Shown piece by piece: positions 30,858 through 40,081 of a DNA stretch of 64,000 nucleotides. The position numbers and the translations under genes are program-made. The DNA comes from a virus: the IMG/VR virus record IMGVR_UViG_3300050821_004478. One strand, written 5' to 3'. How positions within the stretch are numbered: position 1 is the first letter of the stretch; every line of letters begins with the position of its first letter. A model generated the notes under the pieces. The model had not been told where the DNA came from, made no database searches, and saw only the letters and a program-made list of their open reading frames with translations.

Positions 30858-32488
30858 GTCTTGAATTCAATCCCGAACAACAGCTAGGCGTCGATGCCGT
30901 GGACGGCGACTTCGTAATGATCGCAGGTCCCGGCGCGGGGAAGACCCGCGTGTTAGTGGGACGTTACTTGAAGATGCGGGAAGCAGGAATTCCTGACAGC
31001 GACATCTTGAATCTGACATTCACAGCCAGCGCCGCCAAAGAGATGGTGGAGCGCGTCAGTATGGTAGATGCCTCCAATGTCTTCCGCACCTTCCACAGCT
31101 TCTGCCTCGACTTGCTCAAACGGGAGCGCGCTCACATCCCATTCCCGACGTGCCCCACGATCATACCGGTACGCGGGGAACAATTCATGTTGATGAAGGA
31201 CCTGCTCAAACTTTACCCGCCGATCACATCATACCGCGCGCTGTCCGACCGCATCAGCGAGTGGAAGGCTGGGAACGTCAGCACCGATCAAGCTATCGAA
31301 GAAGAATTCAACTCGGGCGTCGGTTACTTTTATGCTCTGGCGTATCGCGACTACGAGATCAGGTGCCGGGAGCAAGGCTGGCTCGATTTTGATTCGTTGG
31401 TGAAAGAGACAGTCAAACTTTTGGAGGGCAAAGATGCTGTTAGAGCGCGCAACACTAGAAGATATATTGCAGTCGACGAGTGCCAAGATACTGACACCAC
31501 CCAATTCCAACTTCTCAAACTCCTCTACGGAGGAAACATCTTTGTGGTCGGAGATGAAAATCAACTTATCTACGAATGGAGAAGCGCGCAATCTGGAAAT
31601 CTCTCTAACTTTTCCAAAACATTCCCCGGAGCAAGAACGCTATATCTTGGGCAAAATTATCGGTCGACTGTTAGACTTGTAGACTTCTTTAAGAAAATTA
31701 TACCGGTCGACAACGGACTCGCGAGTCACATGATCTCGGCGCGTCCCTCAGCCGCCGACATTCGCGACGAACTTCGTTTCATAAATTACTCAACGGAAGA
31801 CGAGGAAGCCAACGAGGTGTTAAGCGAAATCAGTGAGCGCGGCATCGAGGACGAGTCTGCCATATTGGCTCGCACCAATCGCCAACTACAGCTTATTCAG
31901 CGCCGCGCGATGAGCCGCAACATCAAGGCCGAAATTCTCGGCAAGAAGAACGTGTGGCAAGAGAACGAGGTGAAGCACCTGATCGACCTGACCAAGGAAA
32001 AGACCGGCGACCCTCGCCCCGCCGCCACAGTAATGACGGACCTTATCCGGGAGCACAATCTGGTCTATCGCTACACGAATACGAAGGGCAACCCGATGGA
32101 GAAGGACCCTATCGAAAATCTGAACGACATCGTCCGCATGGCTGGCCGCCGCAGCAAGGAGACCGGCCTGCCGCTCACCGTCCCGCAATTCCTAGATTGG
32201 CTCCGCAAGATCACCTATATGCGACGCTCCAAGACGGAACCAATTCTGACGCTGTCCACGGTCCACCAAGCCAAGGGCCGGGAATGGAAGCGGGTATTCG
32301 TGGTCGGCTGCAACCAGGGCACGATGCCGCACAAGGAAGGCGAGCTACTAGAAGAGCATCGTATTTTCTTCGTCGCCGCGAGCAGGGCCGCCGATGAATT
32401 GCAAATCTCTTTCACGAAAAATAGGAGTCAATTTCTTAATGAGTTCGCGGAAGATGTGGAAGTATTTGGAGAAGAAGATGAGCAATGA
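30854..32488 (+). CDS. UvrD/Rep/PcrA-family SF1 DNA helicase (544 aa)
   Basis: Motifs 'IAGPGAGKTRVL', 'LTFTASAAKEM', 'IAVDECQDT', 'VGDENQLIYEWRSA', 'NYRST', 'TVHQAKGREW' and 'FFVAASRA'. Confidence 0.9.
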   Translation: MSLEFNPEQQLGVDAVDGDFVMIAGPGAGKTRVLVGRYLKMREAGIPDSDILNLTFTASAAKEMVERVSMVDASNVFRTFHSFCLDLLKRERAHIPFPTCPTIIPVRGEQFMLMKDLLKLYPPITSYRALSDRISEWKAGNVSTDQAIEEEFNSGVGYFYALAYRDYEIRCREQGWLDFDSLVKETVKLLEGKDAVRARNTRRYIAVDECQDTDTTQFQLLKLLYGGNIFVVGDENQLIYEWRSAQSGNLSNFSKTFPGARTLYLGQNYRSTVRLVDFFKKIIPVDNGLASHMISARPSAADIRDELRFINYSTEDEEANEVLSEISERGIEDESAILARTNRQLQLIQRRAMSRNIKAEILGKKNVWQENEVKHLIDLTKEKTGDPRPAATVMTDLIREHNLVYRYTNTKGNPMEKDPIENLNDIVRMAGRRSKETGLPLTVPQFLDWLRKITYMRRSKTEPILTLSTVHQAKGREWKRVFVVGCNQGTMPHKEGELLEEHRIFFVAASRAADELQISFTKNRSQFLNEFAEDVEVFGEEDEQ

Positions 32489-32672
32489 AGAGCGATATCA
32501 AATTTTGGCAGATGAAAGTGGTCACGAATATTTCGTTCGTGTAGGCCAAGAAAATGCGTTCGATGAGTGGGTAGCATCGTCGGAAGATGACGAAGTATTT
32601 TACGAAGGTCACGATTTTAACGATAGTCGAATCGACGGTCGCTTCACCTTCACCGACCCAAGGAACGAATAA
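32478..32672 (+). CDS. Acidic hypothetical protein (64 aa)
   Basis: Start MSNEERY overlaps the helicase end. Confidence 0.5.
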   Translation: MSNEERYQILADESGHEYFVRVGQENAFDEWVASSEDDEVFYEGHDFNDSRIDGRFTFTDPRNE

Positions 32673-33883
32673 TGGCGTTCCTTTATATTAATAGCGCCGG
32701 AAAACCGTGGCGCAAACACAGTTACAGTGCGGGCAACACTTGGGACCAATGCCCGCTGAAATACAAACTGCAGAAGATTCACGGCTGGCGCGAGAAGAAC
32801 AACAAGGCCCGCTTTGAGTTAGGCAAGGCATTCGAATCGGCTATTCAGTACTACCACGAGAATCGCGGGGTGTTGGGCGATGCGATCAAGCACTTTCAAA
32901 CTCAGTGGGCCTCGTTTCGAGACAACAAGGAACTGCAGTACACGCGAGTCGAAAAGGATTGGGCGCAGTGCGAACATATCGCGACCGACTGGTTGAAGTT
33001 GTACGCGATTCGCCAGCCGACTCTGCCCATTCCGCTCGGCGGCCAGATAGTGTTTCAGCGGGAGTACGTCAAGGAAGTATTTCCTGGCGACCCGAACTAC
33101 GGAGAAATCGAAGATGCAGGAAAACTTGATATTGTGGCCTTCGTCGAGCCTAATCATCCTATGCTTCCCAAGCTTAACTGGCTCCCCGAGTATGGGGCCT
33201 TCCGTCCAATCATCGTGGACATCAAGACCGCTGGGGCAGATTTTCCTGAACAATACGGAATCGCCGCATACGATACTCAACTACGACGCTACTCATGGCT
33301 CTCTGGCATTCGAGACGTGGCGCTACTTTGGTTCGTCAAGAAAGGTCTGACTATCCAGAAGGGCTACTCGGTCACGCTACTGGAAGACGAGGGATGTATG
33401 AAGGCGGGCCAGGAGGCTGTAGTCGCGATGGTAGAGGACGACGGAATATGGTTGTTGCCGAATGACTTCATGATCGAGGAAATGGAACGAGTCCAAGGCA
33501 AGAAGAATGGTAAGACAGAACAGACCAACGTCGCTAAGGAACGCCGCGCCGCTTGGCTGGATATTAACGGAACGTTCGCTGCCGAGGAGTCGGTTACCAA
33601 GCAGCGGCTGCAGTTCAACGCGGGCTTCGTGACCGTGGAATCGGCGGACGACGCGGGCAAGATCGCACAGCGGCAGATCATAAACATCGTGAACGCTTGG
33701 CACTCCGGTAACTATGAGAACACTTTCGGCGTGCGATACCCGCACGACGACCGCAGCGACCCATACTTTCAAGCGTTCGTCTTGAATAACAAAGATTACA
33801 GAGAAACGAATTTCACCAAATCCGACGAGGATATTGATATCTTCGCGGAGGAAGACAACGAGGCACCACATGAAACGAATTAA
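32672..33883 (+). CDS. PD-(D/E)XK (RecB/Cas4-like) nuclease (403 aa)
   Basis: 'YSAGNTWDQCPLKYKL' N-terminal motif. 'DIVAFVE...IVDIKTAG...YDTQLRRY' gives the D...(D/E)xK...QxxxY pattern. Confidence 0.6.
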   Translation: MAFLYINSAGKPWRKHSYSAGNTWDQCPLKYKLQKIHGWREKNNKARFELGKAFESAIQYYHENRGVLGDAIKHFQTQWASFRDNKELQYTRVEKDWAQCEHIATDWLKLYAIRQPTLPIPLGGQIVFQREYVKEVFPGDPNYGEIEDAGKLDIVAFVEPNHPMLPKLNWLPEYGAFRPIIVDIKTAGADFPEQYGIAAYDTQLRRYSWLSGIRDVALLWFVKKGLTIQKGYSVTLLEDEGCMKAGQEAVVAMVEDDGIWLLPNDFMIEEMERVQGKKNGKTEQTNVAKERRAAWLDINGTFAAEESVTKQRLQFNAGFVTVESADDAGKIAQRQIINIVNAWHSGNYENTFGVRYPHDDRSDPYFQAFVLNNKDYRETNFTKSDEDIDIFAEEDNEAPHETN

Positions 33884-34031
33884 CAAACCGGATATTACCC
33901 GGGAAGATCGATTGTATTGGGAAGAAGTTTTAGAATCGCACGGCCTGGGCGAGAGGCAATTGGGGCTACAGGAGGAACCAGAAATAACTGACAACGAAAC
34001 ACTGGAGGAAATAGATGGCGCGCGACATTAA
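33870..34031 (+). CDS. Hypothetical protein (53 aa)
   Basis: Start MKRINKPD with a GAGG SD. Confidence 0.4.
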   Translation: MKRINKPDITREDRLYWEEVLESHGLGERQLGLQEEPEITDNETLEEIDGARH

Positions 34032-34431
34032 GCTGACCCGCAACAAAGACATGATAAAATTACGCCGCCGTATGGACGTAAACGATAATTTCATGAATGC
34101 CTTTCAGATCACAAAGACAAGAACGATGGAGCGCGAGATTCCGGCTTGGACGTTAAATGATAAAGAAGTTCAGAAGGTTCTCCTTCGCGCGTTTCCCCGA
34201 CTGCGCACCGACAATAAAGCTGCTATCTGCGCTGGTCGCTGGATGCGTCTTATCCACCTCTACTATCGCGTGCAGATGCCTAACTTCCAAGTTGCCAAAG
34301 AGATGAATATGTCCCTTAATGTGGTCAAAACAACATTGAGCCATATTCGCCGCGTTGCTAAGGGCCGTCGCGCAGACAACACTGCACCACTCATACATAC
34401 TGGCAGAGGTCGCCCTCGTAAGAATAAATGA
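34015..34431 (+). CDS. Sigma-70 region-4-like HTH protein with AT-hook tail (138 aa), candidate late-gene regulator
   Basis: 'NFQVAKEMNMSLNVVKTTLSHIRRV' is an HTH, followed by the C-terminal 'GRGRPRKN'. Confidence 0.4.
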   Translation: MARDIKLTRNKDMIKLRRRMDVNDNFMNAFQITKTRTMEREIPAWTLNDKEVQKVLLRAFPRLRTDNKAAICAGRWMRLIHLYYRVQMPNFQVAKEMNMSLNVVKTTLSHIRRVAKGRRADNTAPLIHTGRGRPRKNK

Positions 34432-34470
34432 CCCCCCTCAGACACCTAGTGAGGCAGCACCGGAGACCCG

Positions 34471-35115
34471 ATGATCGTATCGAAAATTCACTCCTGCCGT
34501 GGGCAGGAGGCCGTAGTTCTAGAAGAGAAAGAACCGCCAGCGCCGAAGTGTAACTGCAGACGTAAGATAACCGTCGCGGAGGCTACAGCCATCGTGAAGC
34601 GAGGCGAAGCCAAGTGGATTGTGAAATCACGTAAGCGAGGCGTTCGCCTAGTCGCCTGCTCTCACTGCAAGGGCGGTACAGAGATCAAAATCTGCGCCAA
34701 GTGCAGCGGAACCGGGAAACAAGAAGAGACATACGTCGAAGATATTCCCGGCACCGATATCGTTTACACGAGCGCCGATTCAGTAGATGAGAGCGAGAAG
34801 AAGAAGCGCAAGTGGCTCGCTCCGAAGACGCCTAGGGTGGCAACTGTAGAATCAAAACATATTGTGAGGGCATACGTGGACAAGGTACCGGAGGCCGCGA
34901 AGAGAATAGATCAATACGGCCTATTGATTGTGAAGGAACAATTGCGCATGCTGGCAGAGGGACTTACCAACGAAGAATTTGATGCGGCCTGGGCAGAATA
35001 TGCGGGTCTTGACGATGACTGCAGAGGCCATTTGCTGGTGCAGATAAGGATGGAGCCAGACAATAATGCGGCGCGCGGTGAAGGCCGAGATTACGATTTT
35101 GGGAGGACCATATGA
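34471..35115 (+). CDS. Hypothetical protein with DnaJ-type CxxCxGxG zinc finger (214 aa)
   Basis: 'CSHCKGGTEIKICAKCSGTGK'. Confidence 0.5.
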   Translation: MIVSKIHSCRGQEAVVLEEKEPPAPKCNCRRKITVAEATAIVKRGEAKWIVKSRKRGVRLVACSHCKGGTEIKICAKCSGTGKQEETYVEDIPGTDIVYTSADSVDESEKKKRKWLAPKTPRVATVESKHIVRAYVDKVPEAAKRIDQYGLLIVKEQLRMLAEGLTNEEFDAAWAEYAGLDDDCRGHLLVQIRMEPDNNAARGEGRDYDFGRTI

Positions 35116-35651
35116 TTAAGATCAACGTTGTGGGGGACGCTCAAAAAGCCATCAACGCAGTTCTTTTCGAAATCGCAGATCGCCCGTTTTCTGGTCGCCA
35201 TCCCGAACTAGGCAAGATGGTGAACTGCCAATTTTGCGATAGTCGCCACCGCAAGAATGAGCGCCAGTGCGAACAGGTTTTCACATACACTATCGGAGAC
35301 TACGAATATTTCCGAGAAGACGACAAGGGCGAGCTAGTCCCCGATTATCGCACCGCGACGCGCCCGGATGAGAAGCCGACTCGTGGGCAGGTTATGGGCC
35401 GCGCGTCCTTCGCGAGGAAGCGATTGAAGCCGCACCCATCTAAAATGAAGTTGCTGTTCATTCAAAAGACCCGGGAGGTCTTCTCTCAGCTTGAGTTCTC
35501 GCTAGACGACAAGGCAGCGAACTTTCAAGAGAACCTCCAACGCTGCCGGGTACTGGCCGCCCGCGACATCCGTAGGGAGCGCGAGTTTAAAGATCGCGCG
35601 GTACGGCGACGCGCAGATCGGTCTCGCCGCATCAACCTGGGACTGCTATGA
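35112..35651 (+). CDS. Hypothetical basic protein (179 aa)
   Basis: ATGA coupling at both ends. Confidence 0.55.
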   Translation: MIKINVVGDAQKAINAVLFEIADRPFSGRHPELGKMVNCQFCDSRHRKNERQCEQVFTYTIGDYEYFREDDKGELVPDYRTATRPDEKPTRGQVMGRASFARKRLKPHPSKMKLLFIQKTREVFSQLEFSLDDKAANFQENLQRCRVLAARDIRREREFKDRAVRRRADRSRRINLGLL

Positions 35652-35974
35652 GCGACTCTCTTCTCATTGTACCAATTGGAGTACCTCTTGACCCGCATCA
35701 AGATATAATCGGGAAGCACACGCACCTCTTTGCAAAGCGGGAGAATTTCACGCCGCCAACTAATGACGCACGAGATTGTATTTGCGGAGGCGGCAAGATT
35801 GGTGCTACGAGCCGCTCGTTGATCGCTAACTGCCCATGCTGCGACGGTGTGCAGCTTTTAGTTGTGGATACTTGTGATTGCGATGACCCGAGTTTCATCA
35901 AATTTCGAGCGGTACTGCCGCCTGATATGAAGATGAGAATCAGGCGCATTGAGACAGCGGAGCCGATATGCTAA
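35648..35974 (+). CDS. Cys-rich hypothetical protein (108 aa)
   Basis: ORF track with coupling. Confidence 0.5.
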   Translation: MSDSLLIVPIGVPLDPHQDIIGKHTHLFAKRENFTPPTNDARDCICGGGKIGATSRSLIANCPCCDGVQLLVVDTCDCDDPSFIKFRAVLPPDMKMRIRRIETAEPIC

Positions 35975-36753
35975 AAGATATTACCATTGTCATTCCGACC
36001 TTCCACCGCCGAGGCTATCTGCGGGACTGTCTCGATGGGATTCAAAAGAACTTGCCTGAGTGTCAAGTGAGAATTGCGCAAGACGATGATGGCGACTGCA
36101 CGCTGGAACAAAGCGCATACAACACGTATTATTGGGCGAAGCTGCCGTACGACAGCGGTCTCACCGCGAAGCGCAACGCGGCGGTTAGATTAGTGGATAC
36201 GCAATATACATTAATGGGCAGCGATGACTTCGACTTTTCTACGCCAGAAGTACGAGAAGGTATCATCCGGATGGTCCGGATACTGAAATCATCCGAGATC
36301 GATATAGGGCGAGAGATCGACGTGGTCGCCGGAAGGGTCAATGACCGCTCTTACGAAGGATTCCTTGAGTACGTCCCAGGTGAGTATATCAAAGAGCACG
36401 CTCTTCGCAATGAACTTCCGTTCAGGTTGAAGCCGTTCGTGCTGTGGGAGATCGATATCGCTGCGAATTACTTCCTGGCCCGCACCGAAGTTCTACGAGC
36501 TATGCCGTGGGACGAGAGCATTAAGCCAATAGGAGGGGAACATGCGGATTGGTTCCTCGACTTAAAGGAAGCGGGCATGAAGGTAGTATTCTCATCGCCG
36601 TATGCAAATATCAATCAGATACCGTACGACGCGAGCAAGCAGCACCCGGATTACAACAAACTTCGCTGCCGCGCTGTTACGACCGGCCACGCGCTGATGA
36701 TGAAGAAGCGCAACATCAAGCACTACTACGGATTTGATGAGCAAGTAAAATAG
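35968..36753 (+). CDS. Glycosyltransferase, GT-A fold (GT2-like) (261 aa)
   Basis: 'ITIVIPTFHRRGYLRDCLDGI' N-terminus. 'LMGSDDFDF' is an acidic DxD-type motif. Confidence 0.6.
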   Translation: MLKDITIVIPTFHRRGYLRDCLDGIQKNLPECQVRIAQDDDGDCTLEQSAYNTYYWAKLPYDSGLTAKRNAAVRLVDTQYTLMGSDDFDFSTPEVREGIIRMVRILKSSEIDIGREIDVVAGRVNDRSYEGFLEYVPGEYIKEHALRNELPFRLKPFVLWEIDIAANYFLARTEVLRAMPWDESIKPIGGEHADWFLDLKEAGMKVVFSSPYANINQIPYDASKQHPDYNKLRCRAVTTGHALMMKKRNIKHYYGFDEQVK

Positions 36754-36761
36754 GAGGCAAC

Positions 36762-36959
36762 ATGAAGATCAAGAGACAGAAGAAAGTGAAGCCGATCACG
36801 ATTGGCTCGGTAGTTCAATTGAAGAGTGGCGGGTCGCTTATGACAGTGGTCAGCGCCGTCTCAAACCCTAACCCAATTCTCACCGTAATTTGGGAAGCCG
36901 ATGACTCACGTCTCGCGAAGTCCGAGATTCCCATTCAAGCACTTCGACTGGTGCGCTAA
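36762..36959 (+). CDS. DUF2158 (YodC-like) small protein (65 aa)
   Basis: 'IGSVVQLKSGGSLMTVV' matches the GDxVxLKSGGPxMTV signature. Confidence 0.55.
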   Translation: MKIKRQKKVKPITIGSVVQLKSGGSLMTVVSAVSNPNPILTVIWEADDSRLAKSEIPIQALRLVR

Positions 36960-37912
36960 TGGACCTCGTCCTTTTCCACCAAAATTGTCCTGATGGTTGG
37001 GCGGCGGCCTACATCTGCAAGATGAAGTATCCGGAAGCAGAACTGTTGCCGCTGAATCACGGTCTTAACGATAACCAGCTTAATTCGCTATTCAATATCT
37101 GCGCAGGCAAAGATGTCATCATGGTTGACTACTCGCTCCGCACTCGTGAGTTGAATGACCAACTAAATTTGGTCGCGAAATCGTTCCGCATCCTCGACCA
37201 CCACAAGACAGCCCAGGCTGCGCTCAACGGCGCAGAGTACGCCACATTCGACATGAAACGCTCGGGCGCGGGACTTGCGTGGGATTATCTCTTCGGCAAA
37301 GATTGTAAAGATCGTCCCGCTCAGAGTTTGGATAAACCGGGCGGCGTGATGTATATGTTTGAATCGCGTCCGTGGTGGGTGAACTACACCGAAGATCAAG
37401 ACCTCTGGAATTGGGCGTTGCCTGATTCACAACTCATCAACGCGTGGCTGATGGTTCAACCACGTACTATGGAAACGTGGGATATTATCCAAAACAAAAT
37501 TTCCGCAAACGACGCGCGACGCAGCGGTATGGGCGTCCGCGAATACATCGAATACTATACCCGCTCCGTAGTCGCGGAGGCGCAGGAAGGTGTGTTCGAA
37601 GGCTACAAGACTGGCGTACTAAACATCCCGTACGTCGGAGTAAGCGAGGCAGGCGCGGCGCTGATCGACAAGGGCTACGATATCGGCTTACTGTGGTTCG
37701 AACGCGGCGACGGTATCACGCAGTTTTCTCTCCGCAGCTTACACAGTGGCAACGTAGACGTGAGTGCAATTGCAAAGAAGTACGGGGGCGGCGGCCACGG
37801 AACAGCCGCAGGCTTCCAGCTATCTATGCCGGAAGGCCGCATTTTAGTTGACAAAATTCTGAATCGAATCACTTACACCACATTCGTTCAGCCAGGAGGA
37901 TGTGTAAAATGA
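36959..37912 (+). CDS. DHH/DHHA1-family phosphoesterase (317 aa)
   Basis: 'FHQNCPDGWAAA', 'ILDHHKT' (DHH) and 'YGGGGHGTAAGF' (the DHHA1 GGGH motif). Confidence 0.65.
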   Translation: MDLVLFHQNCPDGWAAAYICKMKYPEAELLPLNHGLNDNQLNSLFNICAGKDVIMVDYSLRTRELNDQLNLVAKSFRILDHHKTAQAALNGAEYATFDMKRSGAGLAWDYLFGKDCKDRPAQSLDKPGGVMYMFESRPWWVNYTEDQDLWNWALPDSQLINAWLMVQPRTMETWDIIQNKISANDARRSGMGVREYIEYYTRSVVAEAQEGVFEGYKTGVLNIPYVGVSEAGAALIDKGYDIGLLWFERGDGITQFSLRSLHSGNVDVSAIAKKYGGGGHGTAAGFQLSMPEGRILVDKILNRITYTTFVQPGGCVK

Positions 37913-38622
37913 CCTTACTCGTTGCTGTTAAGTCGTGCCGCGCTGACTTAGATCGCGGCTACCACGATGTGATTCGCGCGACCTGGGGCCAAGACTTGAG
38001 GAACCGAAACGTCTTAGTCCGGTTCTTCGTAGGTCATACCGGGGCGGATTATTTTCTAGCGCACCCCAAGGCCGACGCTCGGACGTTGAAGAGCGACGAG
38101 GTTGTCGCAGATAGCGCGGATGATTACGACGCGTTGCCTTTCAAGGTCCGCTCAATCTGTCATTGGGTGACCACCAAGAATATCGACCACGTTTTTCTCT
38201 GCGACACAGATACTTATGTGAATGCAAGCAGGCTTCTGACGTGCGGATATCGGAGATTTGACTATGCTGGTAAGATCAGCAAGCCAATTGGCGAAACTTT
38301 TCCTTACGACGCGGTTGACCGTCGCGGCGTTACTACGCATATCGCTGAGTGCCACCCGTGGGCTAGCGGTGGTTACGGTTACTTCCTATCTAGGGAGGCG
38401 ATGTTCTTGATCTCAGATTCTTATCCTAAGGGGTGGGCAGAAGACTTGTGGGTTGGACAAGTATTAGGGCCAGAATTCGCTAAGGGCGACATGCTCGCGC
38501 TCGATCTACCAGCGGGCGCTTACTCGCAGCACTTCCCGCAATTGAAGTACGGGTCCGGTTATGACCCGAAGCTGAAGTGGATGGAAGCTGCGCACCTAGT
38601 GAACAAGACGGTGAACGGATGA
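37909..38622 (+). CDS. GT31-like (Fringe / beta-1,3-glycosyltransferase-type) glycosyltransferase (237 aa)
   Basis: AGGAGGA SD. Motifs 'VIRATWG', 'DDYDALPFKVRSICHWV', 'FLCDTDTYVN', 'ASGGYGYFLSREA' and 'AEDLWVGQVL'. Confidence 0.65.
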   Translation: MTLLVAVKSCRADLDRGYHDVIRATWGQDLRNRNVLVRFFVGHTGADYFLAHPKADARTLKSDEVVADSADDYDALPFKVRSICHWVTTKNIDHVFLCDTDTYVNASRLLTCGYRRFDYAGKISKPIGETFPYDAVDRRGVTTHIAECHPWASGGYGYFLSREAMFLISDSYPKGWAEDLWVGQVLGPEFAKGDMLALDLPAGAYSQHFPQLKYGSGYDPKLKWMEAAHLVNKTVNG

Positions 38623-39305
38623 AGACCGCGCTTTTAGTTATAGCCACAGGAGAGCGATATCACCAGTATGTTAATCCACTGCTGGAGTCTGCTAAAGAAT
38701 TTTTCGTGGAGCACGACGCGTTCTTATGGGCGGACGAACTAATTCCCAGCATCGCGAAATTTCAACTTCAAAAGTATGCCTTGGGATTTCCAAACGAGAC
38801 GCTGTACAGATACCACACCTTCTTTGAACAGTATCAATTTCTTGAGAAGTACGACTACTTGTTTTACATCGACGTAGACATGCGATTCGTTGCCCCGGTA
38901 GGGGAGGAGATATTCTCTGATGGTATAACGGCCACGCTACATCCGGGCTATGTCGGCACACCGGGTACACCGGAGCGTCGCGCTGAGTCGATGGCAGTTA
39001 TTCCACAAGGAAGCAACAACAGGTATTTCTGCGGAGGTTTCAATGGCGGGACTTCGGGGCATTTTCTGCGCATGGCACAAGCTATAAAAGGAGCAGTCGA
39101 CGAAGATGCGAGTAGAGGAATCACAGCTATATGGCACGATGAATCGCACTTAAACAGATACCTATACTTGAATGGTCCAACGAAAGTTCTCGACCCGTCT
39201 TACTGCTACCCGGAGAACGCAGGTCCATACTACACAAGCAAGTGGAAGGCCGCAGGCTTGATTGTCACTCCAAAGATTCTGGCGTTAACCAAGGCGGGCA
39301 AATGA
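38619..39305 (+). CDS. GT6-family glycosyltransferase (ABO / alpha-1,3-Gal(NAc)T-like) (228 aa)
   Basis: Motifs 'LLVIATGERY', 'YLFYIDVDMRFV', 'ATLHPGY...PERRAES', 'YFCGGFNGGTSG' and 'ITAIWHDESHLNRYL...KVLDPSYCYPE'. Confidence 0.8.
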   Translation: MKTALLVIATGERYHQYVNPLLESAKEFFVEHDAFLWADELIPSIAKFQLQKYALGFPNETLYRYHTFFEQYQFLEKYDYLFYIDVDMRFVAPVGEEIFSDGITATLHPGYVGTPGTPERRAESMAVIPQGSNNRYFCGGFNGGTSGHFLRMAQAIKGAVDEDASRGITAIWHDESHLNRYLYLNGPTKVLDPSYCYPENAGPYYTSKWKAAGLIVTPKILALTKAGK

Positions 39306-40081
39306 TTACAGTGAAGCTGATGGGCGGGATGGGCAATCAGATGTTTCAATACGCTATGGGACTGGCGGTGGCGCGTCGCCTCGATACTCGCGTCCAGCTT
39401 GATACATCCCTCCTGGGAGTCAATCGACCTCTTGCTCTCCATCAGTGGAATATAGATGCTCTCCAATTAGCGCCCCGTCACGCTGCCACCGTTCACGAAC
39501 AAGGCATGCGGTACAATCAGGCGACAGTGGATAGCATTAAGGACGGCGACGTTCTACAAGGCTATTGGCAGAGCGAAAAGTATTTCTACGACCCGGATGC
39601 ATTGCGCGGCGAGTTCACACCGCTGACTTGGTCTATCAGATCGCGGGATTTATTGAAACAAATTTTTCAAAGCAATTCAGTCGCAGTTCATGTTCGTCGC
39701 GGCGACTATCTGAATGAACCGCACAAGAGTTTTCACGGCATACTCTCAGATAAATACTACGCCGATGCTATGACGCGCATTTGGCACGAGCGTGGACTCA
39801 GTGCTCGATTTTTCATATTCTCCGACGACATAAAATGGGTGAAGAGCAATTTTTCTTCCGAACCATTCACCTTTGTGGAACCAGGCACCGAATCAGAAGA
39901 TATTTACCTGATGTCGATCTGCAACCACGCGATCATCGCTAACAGTTCTTTCTCGTGGTGGGGCGCGTGGTTGGGCGACAAGCAAAAGAACCGCACGGTG
40001 ATTGCTCCCGCAAAGTGGTTTGCTGACGGGTCGGGAGAAGACTACTCAGATATCGTACCGGAGCGATGGATTAAAATATGA
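39302..40081 (+). CDS. GT11-family alpha-1,2-fucosyltransferase-like (259 aa)
   Basis: Motifs 'LMGGMGNQMFQYAMG', 'HVRRGDYL', 'FIFSDD' and 'NSSFSWWGAWL'. Confidence 0.85.
   Translation: MITVKLMGGMGNQMFQYAMGLAVARRLDTRVQLDTSLLGVNRPLALHQWNIDALQLAPRHAATVHEQGMRYNQATVDSIKDGDVLQGYWQSEKYFYDPDALRGEFTPLTWSIRSRDLLKQIFQSNSVAVHVRRGDYLNEPHKSFHGILSDKYYADAMTRIWHERGLSARFFIFSDDIKWVKSNFSSEPFTFVEPGTESEDIYLMSICNHAIIANSSFSWWGAWLGDKQKNRTVIAPAKWFADGSGEDYSDIVPERWIKI

Noticed and set aside
33377-33994. 205-aa minus-strand ORF
   Set aside because: It is antisense to the PD-(D/E)XK nuclease gene.
37855-37883. TTGACA box inside the DHH gene as an internal promoter for the GT31 gene
   Set aside because: The hexamer at the 17-bp-spaced -10 position (ACTTAC) is poor, and no alternative -10 exists at 16-18 bp.
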